Source: Giardia intestinalis (Eukaryota). From it: a stretch of DNA of 64,000 nucleotides. Shown one piece after another: positions 32,781 to 42,558 of this stretch. The translations under genes were made by a program, and so were the position numbers. Position 1 is the first letter of the stretch. Every line of letters begins with the position of its first letter. The notes beneath the pieces were generated by a model, which had not been told where the DNA came from, ran no database searches, and was given only the letters and a program-made list of their open reading frames with translations. The stretch lies in assembly GCA_000002435.2 (NCBI GenBank), contig CM018793.1; one strand, 5' to 3'.

Positions 32781-32919
32781 TTTATCCTTGGAACGATGAC
32801 CTGACCGAGCTATTCAACATTGAATGGCCCCATGGTAGCATACAGTTGAAATAGTGAGAGCTACTACCGTCCAGCTATTTACTCACGATAGCCGTACTCT
32901 AAATAAGTATCAAGTATCA

Positions 32920-34191
32920 TCAATTATTGCCCTCAGACTCCCTCTTCTGGTCGCTGAACATCCTTATTCGTCGTATGAGCTTTTCGTTTGTCTCTTTGAG
33001 CTTAGCGTTCTCTGCCTGAAGAGTACGATAGCCCTTAATGAGCTCTGTGAGAGCAGTCATGGCCACAGTCCCCACATCGGAGACATCCCCCTCCACGTCT
33101 ATTGCAGTTGCTGTCTTGGATATCGGCGCCTTCTGGTCGGAAGGAACACTAGCCAGTGCCTTTGCTTCATTGATCTGTGCCTCTGTCTTCGTGTCGTTAA
33201 AGTCCCACGACTCCAGGTTAGAGTTAGCTGGTATCGTCGCTGATATAACTACTGGCATGCGCAAGATCTGATTCCCTATGCTGACACGCTCATCATTGTT
33301 ACCGTTAACTGGTGCACCCATTAGCTTCTTGTATTCTATAAGCATATTGTCTATTGTGGTCTTTTTGCCATGCTTTGAGAAGAATTTCGTCTCTAGCAGC
33401 TTTGTCGCCGACGCCCTCTCCCTCGGGTTCTTGACCATACACATATCCACTACCTCCCTAAATTGCTTTGTAAATGTCTTATTCGCAGGAAGCTTAGGCG
33501 GATCTTTCTGATAAATGTTCACGATGACCTCCATGGGAGGCAGATTGCTGTTGGGAGGAACCCCCTGTGCCAGTTCTATGAGGCATACCCCGAACGACCA
33601 TATGTCTGCCTTGCAATCATGGCCCTGCATGGAGATGACCTCGGGGGCCATGTAGAGGGGAGACCCTACCAGTGTGTTCCGCATTTTTCGCTCCACAGAG
33701 TCGTCGCACAAAAACGCAGAAACGCCAAAGTCAGCAAGCTTGGCTGTTCCAGACGAGTTCAGTAGTATGTTAGCGGTCTTAATATCGCGATGGACCTGTC
33801 TATTCTGTTCCATGTAGCTAAGTGCTTGAAGGATATCGTACATGATGCATGAAATTACCCCCTCGTCGAAGCCGTTTGGAGCCAACTTAAGAAGCAAGTC
33901 TTGGATGTTGACCTCGAGGATTGGAGTTACCAACCAAAGGTACTGTTGGTGGACAAAGCTGCAGTAATATCCGACAATGTTCTCGTGGTTTGACTGGGCC
34001 AGCAGCTTGCACTCGGTCTGAAGGGTTTCGAGCCGAACGGTCGTCCGGTCCAGATTGATTGCTTTAAGGGCGCAGAGAGACGTCTGTTTGGTTACTGGGT
34101 CGGTGTATTGGCCTTTGAACACGGTCCCGGCCGCTCCTACGCCTATCACAGAGAGCAGCTGGTAGCAGCTTGCGACACCCTGAAATCTCAT
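32920..34191 (-). CDS. STE20-group Ser/Thr kinase, OSR1/SPAK-like
   Basis: VIGVGAAGTVFKG…ALKAINL, HRDIKTANILL, ADFGVSAFL, VGSPLYMAPEV, ADIWSFGVCLIELA, PPMEVIV and KFFSK track the OSR1/STK39 catalytic domain. No obvious CCT domain at the C-terminus. Confidence 0.8.
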   Translation of the reverse strand: MRFQGVASCYQLLSVIGVGAAGTVFKGQYTDPVTKQTSLCALKAINLDRTTVRLETLQTECKLLAQSNHENIVGYYCSFVHQQYLWLVTPILEVNIQDLLLKLAPNGFDEGVISCIMYDILQALSYMEQNRQVHRDIKTANILLNSSGTAKLADFGVSAFLCDDSVERKMRNTLVGSPLYMAPEVISMQGHDCKADIWSFGVCLIELAQGVPPNSNLPPMEVIVNIYQKDPPKLPANKTFTKQFREVVDMCMVKNPRERASATKLLETKFFSKHGKKTTIDNMLIEYKKLMGAPVNGNNDERVSIGNQILRMPVVISATIPANSNLESWDFNDTKTEAQINEAKALASVPSDQKAPISKTATAIDVEGDVSDVGTVAMTALTELIKGYRTLQAENAKLKETNEKLIRRIRMFSDQKRESEGNN

Positions 34192-34382
34192 AGGCAGAAA
34201 ATTTAAACGATTAGGTTTTCAGGCGTTTTAAGGTTTGTGATACGTCACAGTAAATAGAATACGGAAGAGCGCCGAAAACTGAAACGTGGACAACAGAATA
34301 TGGAACTGATGACTTTAGTCTAATTTGCGCACTAAAGTGAAGTTTTAATTATAACTGGCTTACAGTAAACACATAAAATTGC

Positions 34383-37172
34383 ATGTGTCTGGAGCTAGTG
34401 TCTGAGGAGGAGCTGGTACACGCGCTTGAATTCTGCGGGATCACGCCGGCGAAGAATCCCACGGACCTATCACGTGACAGCGTCGCGCGGCTAGTTAGCA
34501 TTATGAAGACTCCTATTCTTCGCGACACACCAGAGCTGGTGTTTTCCTCGGTTCAGGACCTGCTTGGGATTGCTGGGCTTAGTCATAAGGAGCGCGTACT
34601 GGACACTGCATGTAGCGATCAGGACTCAATCCGCTTTGTTCTCGCTGCCAACTTCTCCGCGGTTGCGCTTTACGCATTTGCGCAGGATACCAAGAAGCAC
34701 GCACACTTTAAGTCTGAAAACGTGATTAACGCACTGGTCTATCTGATAACTAACGGGCAACCATTCGGACAGTTTTATGCTATTCAGACCCTGGTGACTC
34801 TTCTGCGGTCCCCCAGCGCAAGCGACAGAACATACTTCACGCAGATGTGTATGGATTCAGCTCTGCTATCAGCATTAGTAGACTGTACACACAGCCTTGA
34901 CTATGACTGGCAGCTGGATGCCTCTGCAGTTCTCATTGAAGTTCTCTTCAACAATGTAAGTGGCGGCGTCTGTCTCTTTGAAACAACAGATCCCACTGGA
35001 CGAGTCCTCCCTGTGCGCCCACACCCAACGGTGCAGCTGGTCAACGAAGCCCACCAGCGCAAACAGAAGCCTCAGGTGGAGCTCGATCAAGAGGACTCTC
35101 CAGTGCTGCACTTCAACCACAAGACTGCACTCGCCATCCTCATCTACCTTGTGAGAAAACTTCACAACAGTCTCTGGTGCAGCCAGCCCTTTGTTCCAGA
35201 CAATCTGAGCGGTGTCTCTGGCGCCCATGAAGAAAGCTTTGTGCAAGTTACGCGGGCGATCATTGCTGTCCTCCGCTTCCCAAGTATCAGAGAGTGTATG
35301 GACGAGGCTCGCGTGTTGTGCACAATAGCTTCAATCTTTGCAGCGCAAGACAGTGCAACCATCGCGCCTTCGCACGAGTGTTTGTATCTACTGCTGGAGG
35401 TAGTTATTCTGTGCATGACCCCGTTGTCTTCAGACATTATGTCTGTGCGCAACCAAGTGTTTTTAGAAAACGCGGACCTCGGCGCGCTCTTGAGGTTGGA
35501 CTTCTTTTGCATTTTGGCTCGCCTGCTGCTTAACACTGAGCTGCTGTCTCCTGAGATGACGAAGCGCCTATTAATTTGCTTTGCACTAATATCCCGTAAC
35601 TCGACATATAGGATGAATTGTTTAAACTCCCTCACCTCTACTTCGGATGCGGAAGGAGTATCTATCTTTGCGATCCTTTCCCGCCTCTTGGATGACCCTG
35701 TCTATGGCGCTGACGTCACCATAGTCCATCTTCTTCTAACCATACTCTCAGGGTTTTGTACTAATAGGCAGTTTAGGCAAGCGTTCTATTCTAACACAGC
35801 GCTGATAGGACAGGTCGTTAAAGCACTTCGGCAGACCTTGTCTTCAGCAATCGATCTCCTCCCTGTTATCACAGAACCGTCAGCCGCTGAGAAAGAGCGT
35901 GTTCTTTCTTCGCAGTACGTTATGTCCGTGCTAACTGCAGCTATGAACGAAAGCTCGGCAGATGATGATGCCAAGGACGAGAGTAGCAGCCTGATGACGA
36001 GCCTGCGGGCGAGCAGCATGACCGGAAGTCTTGGTGAGAGTCTTCGAGAGAGCTTACTCGGAGCCAGCGAGCTTAAAAGTACCGATGTGCATTTCACAAA
36101 CAATGTCCACATGAAACACTCTCATATCTTCGACACCAAGAGTTCTCGTCGAGCAGCAATTGACTTGGGAAAGAGCATCCACTTTCATGCAGACGGAGAC
36201 TTCAGGGCAAACACTGCTGTGACGCTCAACCTTGCCCCTGTGTCTTCTCACATGAAGGTCTTTTTCGCCGCCTCCGAGCTTATCTCAACTATCTGCGTAG
36301 ATTACGGGATCTTAATAGACTTCACTCAGGTTAACTTCTACAATCCACGGTCGTCCTCAAACAGTGCTCTTGGAGAGTATGCGAAGGTGCTTCTCAATTC
36401 ATTCTTCCCGTACTTCATTGAGCTCTCTGAGTTTCTGCGCAGCCTCGTCACGTTTAGCCCAGCCTTTATATTAGAGCCTATTATGGAGGTTGTACTGGGC
36501 GCGCTCTACGAGATTAGCCAGCTGGATCTTGCCCTCGTTCCCTTTCTTTCTGGTCAGACGGACATTGTGCTTCTGAGAAATAAGTTCCGTCTTTGCACAC
36601 GTAGAAGGATGCCTGTGCTGACACCACTGGAGGTGCGTGCCCTCCGGTGCCTTATTCTTTTTGTAAGGAACTCCCGCATAGTCTCACTTTCTTTGTTTAC
36701 ATGTGCGCTTCTTCGCAAGGCAGATTGTTGCAGCGACACCCTAAGCACTGAAGAAACTACCTTTAATGTATTCTTCGCTGTAAAGCATGCACAGGCATAC
36801 ATGGATCGTCTAAAGTATATTCACTTTGGAGATTCAGCTCACAGTCAAGTGGGGCCTGGACAGGACTGGACGGTTCTCAGAAAGGCCGCAACAGGCCCTA
36901 TCTGCGACATTGCTACAGAGGCAAGTACACTTCTCGCCCTGATGACTGCTGAAACGCCTGATGCTGTCTCTGCTGAAGCGGCAGCTGCTACCCTCAACCT
37001 ATGGAACTGCCTGTTTGTAACTAATCCCAATGAGATGGAGTTTGTCTTCAATAGCATCGCGTACATGTTGAAGGAGTGGCCAAAAGACAGGCGAGGCAGT
37101 CTGCGCAGACAGCTAGGGTGTCACAGTCTGGAGAAGCTTGTAGACGATATTTGGGGAAGGCGTACATCATAG
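34383..37172 (+). CDS. Hypothetical protein (929 aa), Leu-rich helical (possibly ARM/HEAT-like)
   Basis: Clean ORF with AT-rich initiator (ataaaattgcATG). Divergent from the kinase gene across a 191-bp spacer. Confidence 0.6.
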   Translation: MCLELVSEEELVHALEFCGITPAKNPTDLSRDSVARLVSIMKTPILRDTPELVFSSVQDLLGIAGLSHKERVLDTACSDQDSIRFVLAANFSAVALYAFAQDTKKHAHFKSENVINALVYLITNGQPFGQFYAIQTLVTLLRSPSASDRTYFTQMCMDSALLSALVDCTHSLDYDWQLDASAVLIEVLFNNVSGGVCLFETTDPTGRVLPVRPHPTVQLVNEAHQRKQKPQVELDQEDSPVLHFNHKTALAILIYLVRKLHNSLWCSQPFVPDNLSGVSGAHEESFVQVTRAIIAVLRFPSIRECMDEARVLCTIASIFAAQDSATIAPSHECLYLLLEVVILCMTPLSSDIMSVRNQVFLENADLGALLRLDFFCILARLLLNTELLSPEMTKRLLICFALISRNSTYRMNCLNSLTSTSDAEGVSIFAILSRLLDDPVYGADVTIVHLLLTILSGFCTNRQFRQAFYSNTALIGQVVKALRQTLSSAIDLLPVITEPSAAEKERVLSSQYVMSVLTAAMNESSADDDAKDESSSLMTSLRASSMTGSLGESLRESLLGASELKSTDVHFTNNVHMKHSHIFDTKSSRRAAIDLGKSIHFHADGDFRANTAVTLNLAPVSSHMKVFFAASELISTICVDYGILIDFTQVNFYNPRSSSNSALGEYAKVLLNSFFPYFIELSEFLRSLVTFSPAFILEPIMEVVLGALYEISQLDLALVPFLSGQTDIVLLRNKFRLCTRRRMPVLTPLEVRALRCLILFVRNSRIVSLSLFTCALLRKADCCSDTLSTEETTFNVFFAVKHAQAYMDRLKYIHFGDSAHSQVGPGQDWTVLRKAATGPICDIATEASTLLALMTAETPDAVSAEAAAATLNLWNCLFVTNPNEMEFVFNSIAYMLKEWPKDRRGSLRRQLGCHSLEKLVDDIWGRRTS

Positions 37173-37325
37173 AACACGCAACCGCAAGGGTGAGATTGTA
37201 AGAATGTAAATAATTGTTTACTATACACACCTCTCGAGCACGGGTAATCCCGTACACCAGCGCTTGGCGTCACCAAGTTTGAGTTGAGCAAACTGTCGGC
37301 AGGTCGATTGATATATCAGCCTGAG

Positions 37326-38108
37326 TTAGTGAAACCCATATATCACATGATCGTTTGCCGGGGTTAGAAAGTCTACATTATCCTTCAGTAAGTGGAAGGT
37401 CCTCAGAGTTACTAGCGCATCGCTACCAGCCTGGTGTTGAAACCCCTGCCATCGAACCCCATAGGACCCAGCCAGACTCTCCAATGATCCTGACCATGAG
37501 CCACAGTGCTTAAGATCGTATAGCTTGCCCGGGAAAAGTATGCGCAACAACTCATCAAAGTCCTTCTTGGAGTAGGGAAGATCGTTGCATGTGACGGCTT
37601 TGGTCAAATACCCAAAGTCAGAAGAGCCGTGGAAGCACACATATGTTAGGCTACGATTATAAATCAGACCGCTTATCTGAATTTCATACGAAAAAGCAAC
37701 GGGGTGGATCCCGTCTCTACTAAGGCGGGGAAAGTCTATGCCATGCTCACGAAGGAGATTCATGGAGTTGGAGGTTGAAAGCGGTGTTGTTTCGTCAAAT
37801 AACATATTGAACTGCCACGTTGAGTGGGGCTTTGGGGTTTCGCCAGCACTGTTGGAGAGGGAAATGCCCAACTGTATAAGCTGGAGAGAGTCTACGTTTA
37901 TCTTATATGCAGCATACGCAGAGGCATGCTTTGAAAGAATCTGACGCTGAGTAAGAAGGGAGAGCTGCACAGTGTTCTCAAAGTACCCGGGAAACTCCGT
38001 GTCAATGGCTACTATGGGGTAGTCTGCAAGCAAAGAAGATATCTCCTGCATTGCCTGAGTGAGATCACTGGCGTAGACATCAAATATCTCACTAGTGTCT
38101 CCGCTCAT
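37326..38108 (-). CDS. CAF1: CCR4-NOT complex CAF1/POP2 deadenylase (DEDDh 3'-5' exoribonuclease)
   Basis: YPIVAIDTEFPG, FHGSSDFGYL and HQAGSDALVT motifs of the CAF1 family. A-rich initiator (tttgtaaaaaATG on the coding strand). Confidence 0.85.
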   Translation of the reverse strand: MSGDTSEIFDVYASDLTQAMQEISSLLADYPIVAIDTEFPGYFENTVQLSLLTQRQILSKHASAYAAYKINVDSLQLIQLGISLSNSAGETPKPHSTWQFNMLFDETTPLSTSNSMNLLREHGIDFPRLSRDGIHPVAFSYEIQISGLIYNRSLTYVCFHGSSDFGYLTKAVTCNDLPYSKKDFDELLRILFPGKLYDLKHCGSWSGSLESLAGSYGVRWQGFQHQAGSDALVTLRTFHLLKDNVDFLTPANDHVIYGFH

Positions 38109-38147
38109 TTTTTACAAAGAGTACACCACACCCCTGTTGGCAGCAAT

Positions 38148-39524
38148 CTACTCCCCCTCTAATTGCAGTCTGTCAGCGTGATAAGTGGTCTTGAAGCAGA
38201 GAGGGCAGGAATCCTCAATGGTGGAAAAGCAGACGGAACATGCACACACATGTCTGCATGGATAGAACACATACGACGATAAGCGCACGTTACAGATGCA
38301 GCATAAGACAGAGGGGTCCATAGGTACACGATCAAAGATAGACTCGAGATTCCGCACAGTACACCTTCCTGTCTTTTGGATCGAGGTCTCGCGCTTAGCT
38401 CGAAATTTGTGGCTAGTGCGCTCTTTTTCTTCATGTTCTCCGAAAAGTTCGTCGTCTCCCATCAACGCAGCAAACAAAATGTCTACAAGTGTGTACAATA
38501 TTCTCTGGAACTCACGGGACTTGTGTAATAGGTGCTCTCGCACTTCGCGTATCACATCCTCTACAGAGACAATGGAGGCTATGTGCACATCATCGCACTT
38601 TTTTGAAACCATCATCAATCTGAGATATATCTGTAAAATGGAATTTCTAAATAAATAGAGGCCCCCAGAGTATCCATAGACGTCCACAATGCCGCGTTCA
38701 TGGATGAGAAGGCGTATGCACGGAGAGGAGGCCGCAAAGATGGCATAATGGAGGGCCGTCCTGCCTGTGTTGTCCTGCATGCCTAGAAATAAGTTGACAT
38801 TAGTATTATGCCCTTCTATGCAAGTCTCACCTATATCCAGCGTAGATGCGTAGCCGGTTAGCAATGCCTCCACACAGTCTGCGTTGCCTCGCTGCGCAGC
38901 GTGCATCAGAGCGTTCATGCCATCACAGTCACGGGCAAGCGGACAGAAAAACCGAAGCCCTCTCACGCAGTCTTTGTGACCTGCTCGGGCAGCATACATG
39001 AGCGCTGTTCTCCCGTGTAGGTCACAGTATGTGGCATAGAGCACCCCGTCCGCTTTAAGGTACTCTCGGAGTAGAGTTGGCATACCGTATTCCGCTAGCC
39101 ACATGCAAAGCGTTTTGGCATCGTCAGTAACAATGTCATATGGATGTGTACCACTGGACACGAGCGCATGCCAGAGCTTTACAGCTAGTTTTTCACAGCC
39201 ATGCCTGATGGCGTAGATAATCGAAGGATAGCCATGCGAATCAGCGAGTAGCCCTTCCGTGGGTACGAGTGCTTCTGCTATACCGAAGTGCCGCTTCTCC
39301 AATGCGTAGAGGAGCGCAAACTTTCCCTCACCAGATCTAATACCAGCCTCGTTGAGCAGTATGGGGTCAAGTATTTCTTCATACAGTAGTGCATTATACA
39401 TCAGCGCAGTAAAGCCGTACTCATCCCTCTGGCCCACTTCGTCCTCAGTCAAATCCTGTAACAGTCCTAGACATCCGCCTCGCACAGCCTGTACCAAAAA
39501 AGTGGATCCTTTGGCTGGTGGCAT
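38148..39524 (-). CDS. Ankyrin-repeat protein with C-terminal C3HC4 RING finger (paralogue-type of the 7643..8758 gene)
   Basis: Ankyrin units (GFTALMYNA, GRTALMYAARAG, GMNALMHAAQRG, GRTALHYAI) followed by CCICNVRLSSYVFYPCRHVCACSVCFSTIEDSCPLC. Confidence 0.75.
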   Translation of the reverse strand: MPPAKGSTFLVQAVRGGCLGLLQDLTEDEVGQRDEYGFTALMYNALLYEEILDPILLNEAGIRSGEGKFALLYALEKRHFGIAEALVPTEGLLADSHGYPSIIYAIRHGCEKLAVKLWHALVSSGTHPYDIVTDDAKTLCMWLAEYGMPTLLREYLKADGVLYATYCDLHGRTALMYAARAGHKDCVRGLRFFCPLARDCDGMNALMHAAQRGNADCVEALLTGYASTLDIGETCIEGHNTNVNLFLGMQDNTGRTALHYAIFAASSPCIRLLIHERGIVDVYGYSGGLYLFRNSILQIYLRLMMVSKKCDDVHIASIVSVEDVIREVREHLLHKSREFQRILYTLVDILFAALMGDDELFGEHEEKERTSHKFRAKRETSIQKTGRCTVRNLESIFDRVPMDPSVLCCICNVRLSSYVFYPCRHVCACSVCFSTIEDSCPLCFKTTYHADRLQLEGE

Positions 39525-40207
39525 AAAGGTGTCGAAAGCTGTGGGTGGTCACGTCTACTCTGAGTAAGAGGGCGTATGCCTTACAAAAGTAAAAAAAGAA
39601 AAGCCTCTGGACCTTAAGATCTGACCTAGGAGTAGACAATGCTGAATTGTAACAGAGTGCTCGGGACTTCTGTTGCATAGCACAGTGACGTGGGCAAGGA
39701 TAAAGATGACCGAGGAACCCGTATAGGCTTATAAAATATCACCTCTACTTCAAAAAGATATACAGGCAATAATCGCAAAAACGGCCACACTACGACCGAT
39801 TGATAAACTATTAATTAAAAAGCAATCGAGCTTACAGGAACTGTAAGCCTTGTATATTGTGCCTTTTGGGCCAGAGAGCACGCTCATGGGAGATGAACTG
39901 TCGGGACCAGCATCTCACTGTCTATATAGCCCTACTTTGGCTACCTTGCTCCTTAACTCCTCTATGCGTGTATGCAGCACTAGTCTTTCTTTGAAGTAGA
40001 TAGAGTTGCCAAAATATAACTCCAATCACGTATGCTTCAGGACGCCATTATAAGCCTTAATGTATTTTCTGGAAAATAATTGATCAGTTGGTTCATGATT
40101 ACGTAGATCTTGGGGGCAACTAGAATGTCCAGATCACATGCTTCAATTAGTGGAGAGAACAGGGCATCGCTTGGTCATTGAAATGGAAATTTATACTGAC
40201 TAAAACT

Positions 40208-40825
40208 ATGTGTTACATCAGATGGGGCTCATTCAGCTGCTGGTACAATGGTCAGGAGTGGCTCATCCACTACCACATTAAGTTCCCAAAATTAAAATCA
40301 ATGACACTTAGAGATAAGCTGAGGAGGGGAACTAGATGGCTTACCAGAAGGATGCGTCTTGTACGCTGCATAGTGCTGCTCTTACTACTTATTGCTGCGG
40401 TTGACAAAAGCCTGGCACTCAAGAACGCCAGCCAGGAGGCCTATAGAATCACCTCTCTTCCAACTCACGAAAGCAGCTTTGTCGTCTTTAAGCCCAGTCT
40501 TACTCGTCAATACAAGCAAAAGGGCCTACTGAAAGCGTGGAATTTTGGTGGGCGACAGGTAGAGGTCATGGCGTCGCGTTCTGAGCCCAGCGTTTACGCA
40601 AACTGGCCCACTGCAAGCTCCTTTGCAGACTGGGTTTCCAGTGCAGAGCACGAGAGCCTAAAGATAGTGTGTGACCCGTCCTGCGACGTTCCAAGCCAAT
40701 ATTATCTCCTTAGCCCGTATCAGAGTAATATTGGTAATTTAGCTATGAGCATTAGACGTGCTGATAGGATGTCCCAACTCCTTGCGATTTTCCTTGTGAT
40801 TGATATGCTGGGATGGCTTCTGTAG
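40208..40825 (+). CDS. Hypothetical small membrane/secreted protein. The track ORF from 40178 starts at TTG. In-frame ATGs are at 40208 and 40301 (the latter has the A-rich context aaaattaaaatcaATG).
   Basis: Hydrophobic segment CIVLLLLLIAAV after a basic stretch, suggesting a signal anchor. No homology recognised. Confidence 0.35.
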   Translation: MCYIRWGSFSCWYNGQEWLIHYHIKFPKLKSMTLRDKLRRGTRWLTRRMRLVRCIVLLLLLIAAVDKSLALKNASQEAYRITSLPTHESSFVVFKPSLTRQYKQKGLLKAWNFGGRQVEVMASRSEPSVYANWPTASSFADWVSSAEHESLKIVCDPSCDVPSQYYLLSPYQSNIGNLAMSIRRADRMSQLLAIFLVIDMLGWLL

Positions 40826-40934
40826 TTTGGTTTGCGGCCACCCACCCAGCACATGAAAAGACTAAGCGACGGATCAAAAGTAAAGGAGCTTGTGTGCAAA
40901 TTCACAGTTACGCATTTGTCAGTTGGGCACCATA

Positions 40935-41819
40935 CTAGTCGAGGTTGTCGGGGTCGTCATCGTCGCCTTCGGCCTCCTGGTTAACCTCCTGGCTTAGCGC
41001 GGCACTGTCTCCTCTCTGAGCATTTAGGGCATCGAGTTCCTCCTTTGGAAGAACAGACGATGCGAAGCCAGTGATGAGGTGCTGCATGGCAACCACAATG
41101 GCCATGGGGTCTCCAGGGTTGAAACTGTGCTCGGGTATTCCCGGTAGGGTCATTGCGCAGATGTTGTAGAACTTAAAGAACACATCATTAATCACACCCC
41201 AAATCGTCTGCCACTCTTTGATAACGCCCTCCTGCGATTTGATGATTTTCTCCATCTCTGCCTTGAGTGCAGGGTCATTGTCAGACCCGCTGGAAGAAGC
41301 AGCTCCAGTCTTGGTAAGAGTGTCGATCATGCTTGCTTGTTTTGCAAGTTCGTGGCTAAGCTTTTGAAGCGCAGAGGCCTTTTCATCCAGTTGAACTGAT
41401 CGCTTTGCCAACTCTGCCTCAGCCTCTTTTAAGCGATCTTCACGAAGCTTAAGTTGCGCCAGTGCATGTTCTGAAGAAGGATCCGCAGTGTCCTTGTGCG
41501 CTGGTAACTTAGATTCAATGCTTTCCAGACGGTCGAGGATATTGGAGACTATTGTTTGATCTAAAGTTTGCGACTGCATCGTGCGGGGACCAAAGTGTCT
41601 GGCTTGGTGGCTGCGCTGGCCACGTGCAGACCCAACCCTTATGATAGCATTTGATGGCGGCACTTGGTTTCCTGCGATATAATGGCCAACAGAAGGCGCT
41701 GAATATCCGACCATTTGCTCATCATATTCTCCATCGTCCTCCACGTATGGCGGAGGATACATAGAGCGCAGATGATGCGGGCTATAGTACGGATAAGGGG
41801 GAGGATAGTATGGGTACAT
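40935..41819 (-). CDS. Hypothetical protein with Pro/Tyr-rich N-terminus (several PPxY-like motifs), central coiled coil and acidic C-terminus
   Basis: First ATG at 41819 (MYPYYPPPYPYYSP…). The track start at 41831 is TTG. A-rich initiator. Confidence 0.55.
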   Translation of the reverse strand: MYPYYPPPYPYYSPHHLRSMYPPPYVEDDGEYDEQMVGYSAPSVGHYIAGNQVPPSNAIIRVGSARGQRSHQARHFGPRTMQSQTLDQTIVSNILDRLESIESKLPAHKDTADPSSEHALAQLKLREDRLKEAEAELAKRSVQLDEKASALQKLSHELAKQASMIDTLTKTGAASSSGSDNDPALKAEMEKIIKSQEGVIKEWQTIWGVINDVFFKFYNICAMTLPGIPEHSFNPGDPMAIVVAMQHLITGFASSVLPKEELDALNAQRGDSAALSQEVNQEAEGDDDDPDNLD

Positions 41820-42558
41820 TTTTAAAAGCAAATGATTTTTCTCACCTTACCGACAAACAAGATTTACACCTGAGCTGTACAAAAAGATGCATCGTCGTCA
41901 GAGATCATTAGACATAACTAAACAAATTATAGCGGCGTAAATGAATCCACGTACGATTTACTGAACGCGATTGAGAAGCCATCGCAATTGAACAACGCTA
42001 GGCAGCGTTTTCGATCTGCAAACATACATACCCTCCCTTAGCGGTGCGCAAACAGGGGCGCCCGCGCATGCCCTGGACCGGGGCGGGGCGCAAAGGCAGG
42101 CCGCGCGAAGTCTGGCCCTGGCCGACCCGGAGCCGACGTCGTGACCCGCGCATGACGGGGCTTCTTGTGCCCACACCGCTCCTCTGGTGCGAGCTTTGCC
42201 CTTCTGTGAATGGGGGCGGGCTGGCCCGTTGCAGGCTACTTCTCTCATCGACCCCCGTGAGCCCGCCCATCTCCAAATCTCGTGGGCGCGCGTCAGTATT
42301 GTGCGTCCATTGTCTTATCCTGGTAAGGATTCTCCCATCTGCAGGTCCTCGCAGTCACTAGTGGCACGCCATTTTCGCGGTCTAGACCAACCTGACCCTT
42401 CGGAGCCAAGTGCGCTCTTGATTCGGGGACTCTTTAGTTGCCTGGGTCGACGAACAAGGGCGACGTCAAGAGAGTCACAGCGCAGCATCTACTCAGCCCC
42501 AATAATGAAACTTTGGAACACGGCTATCTCTGCTCCTGGGCCGGATGCACTGTTCTAA

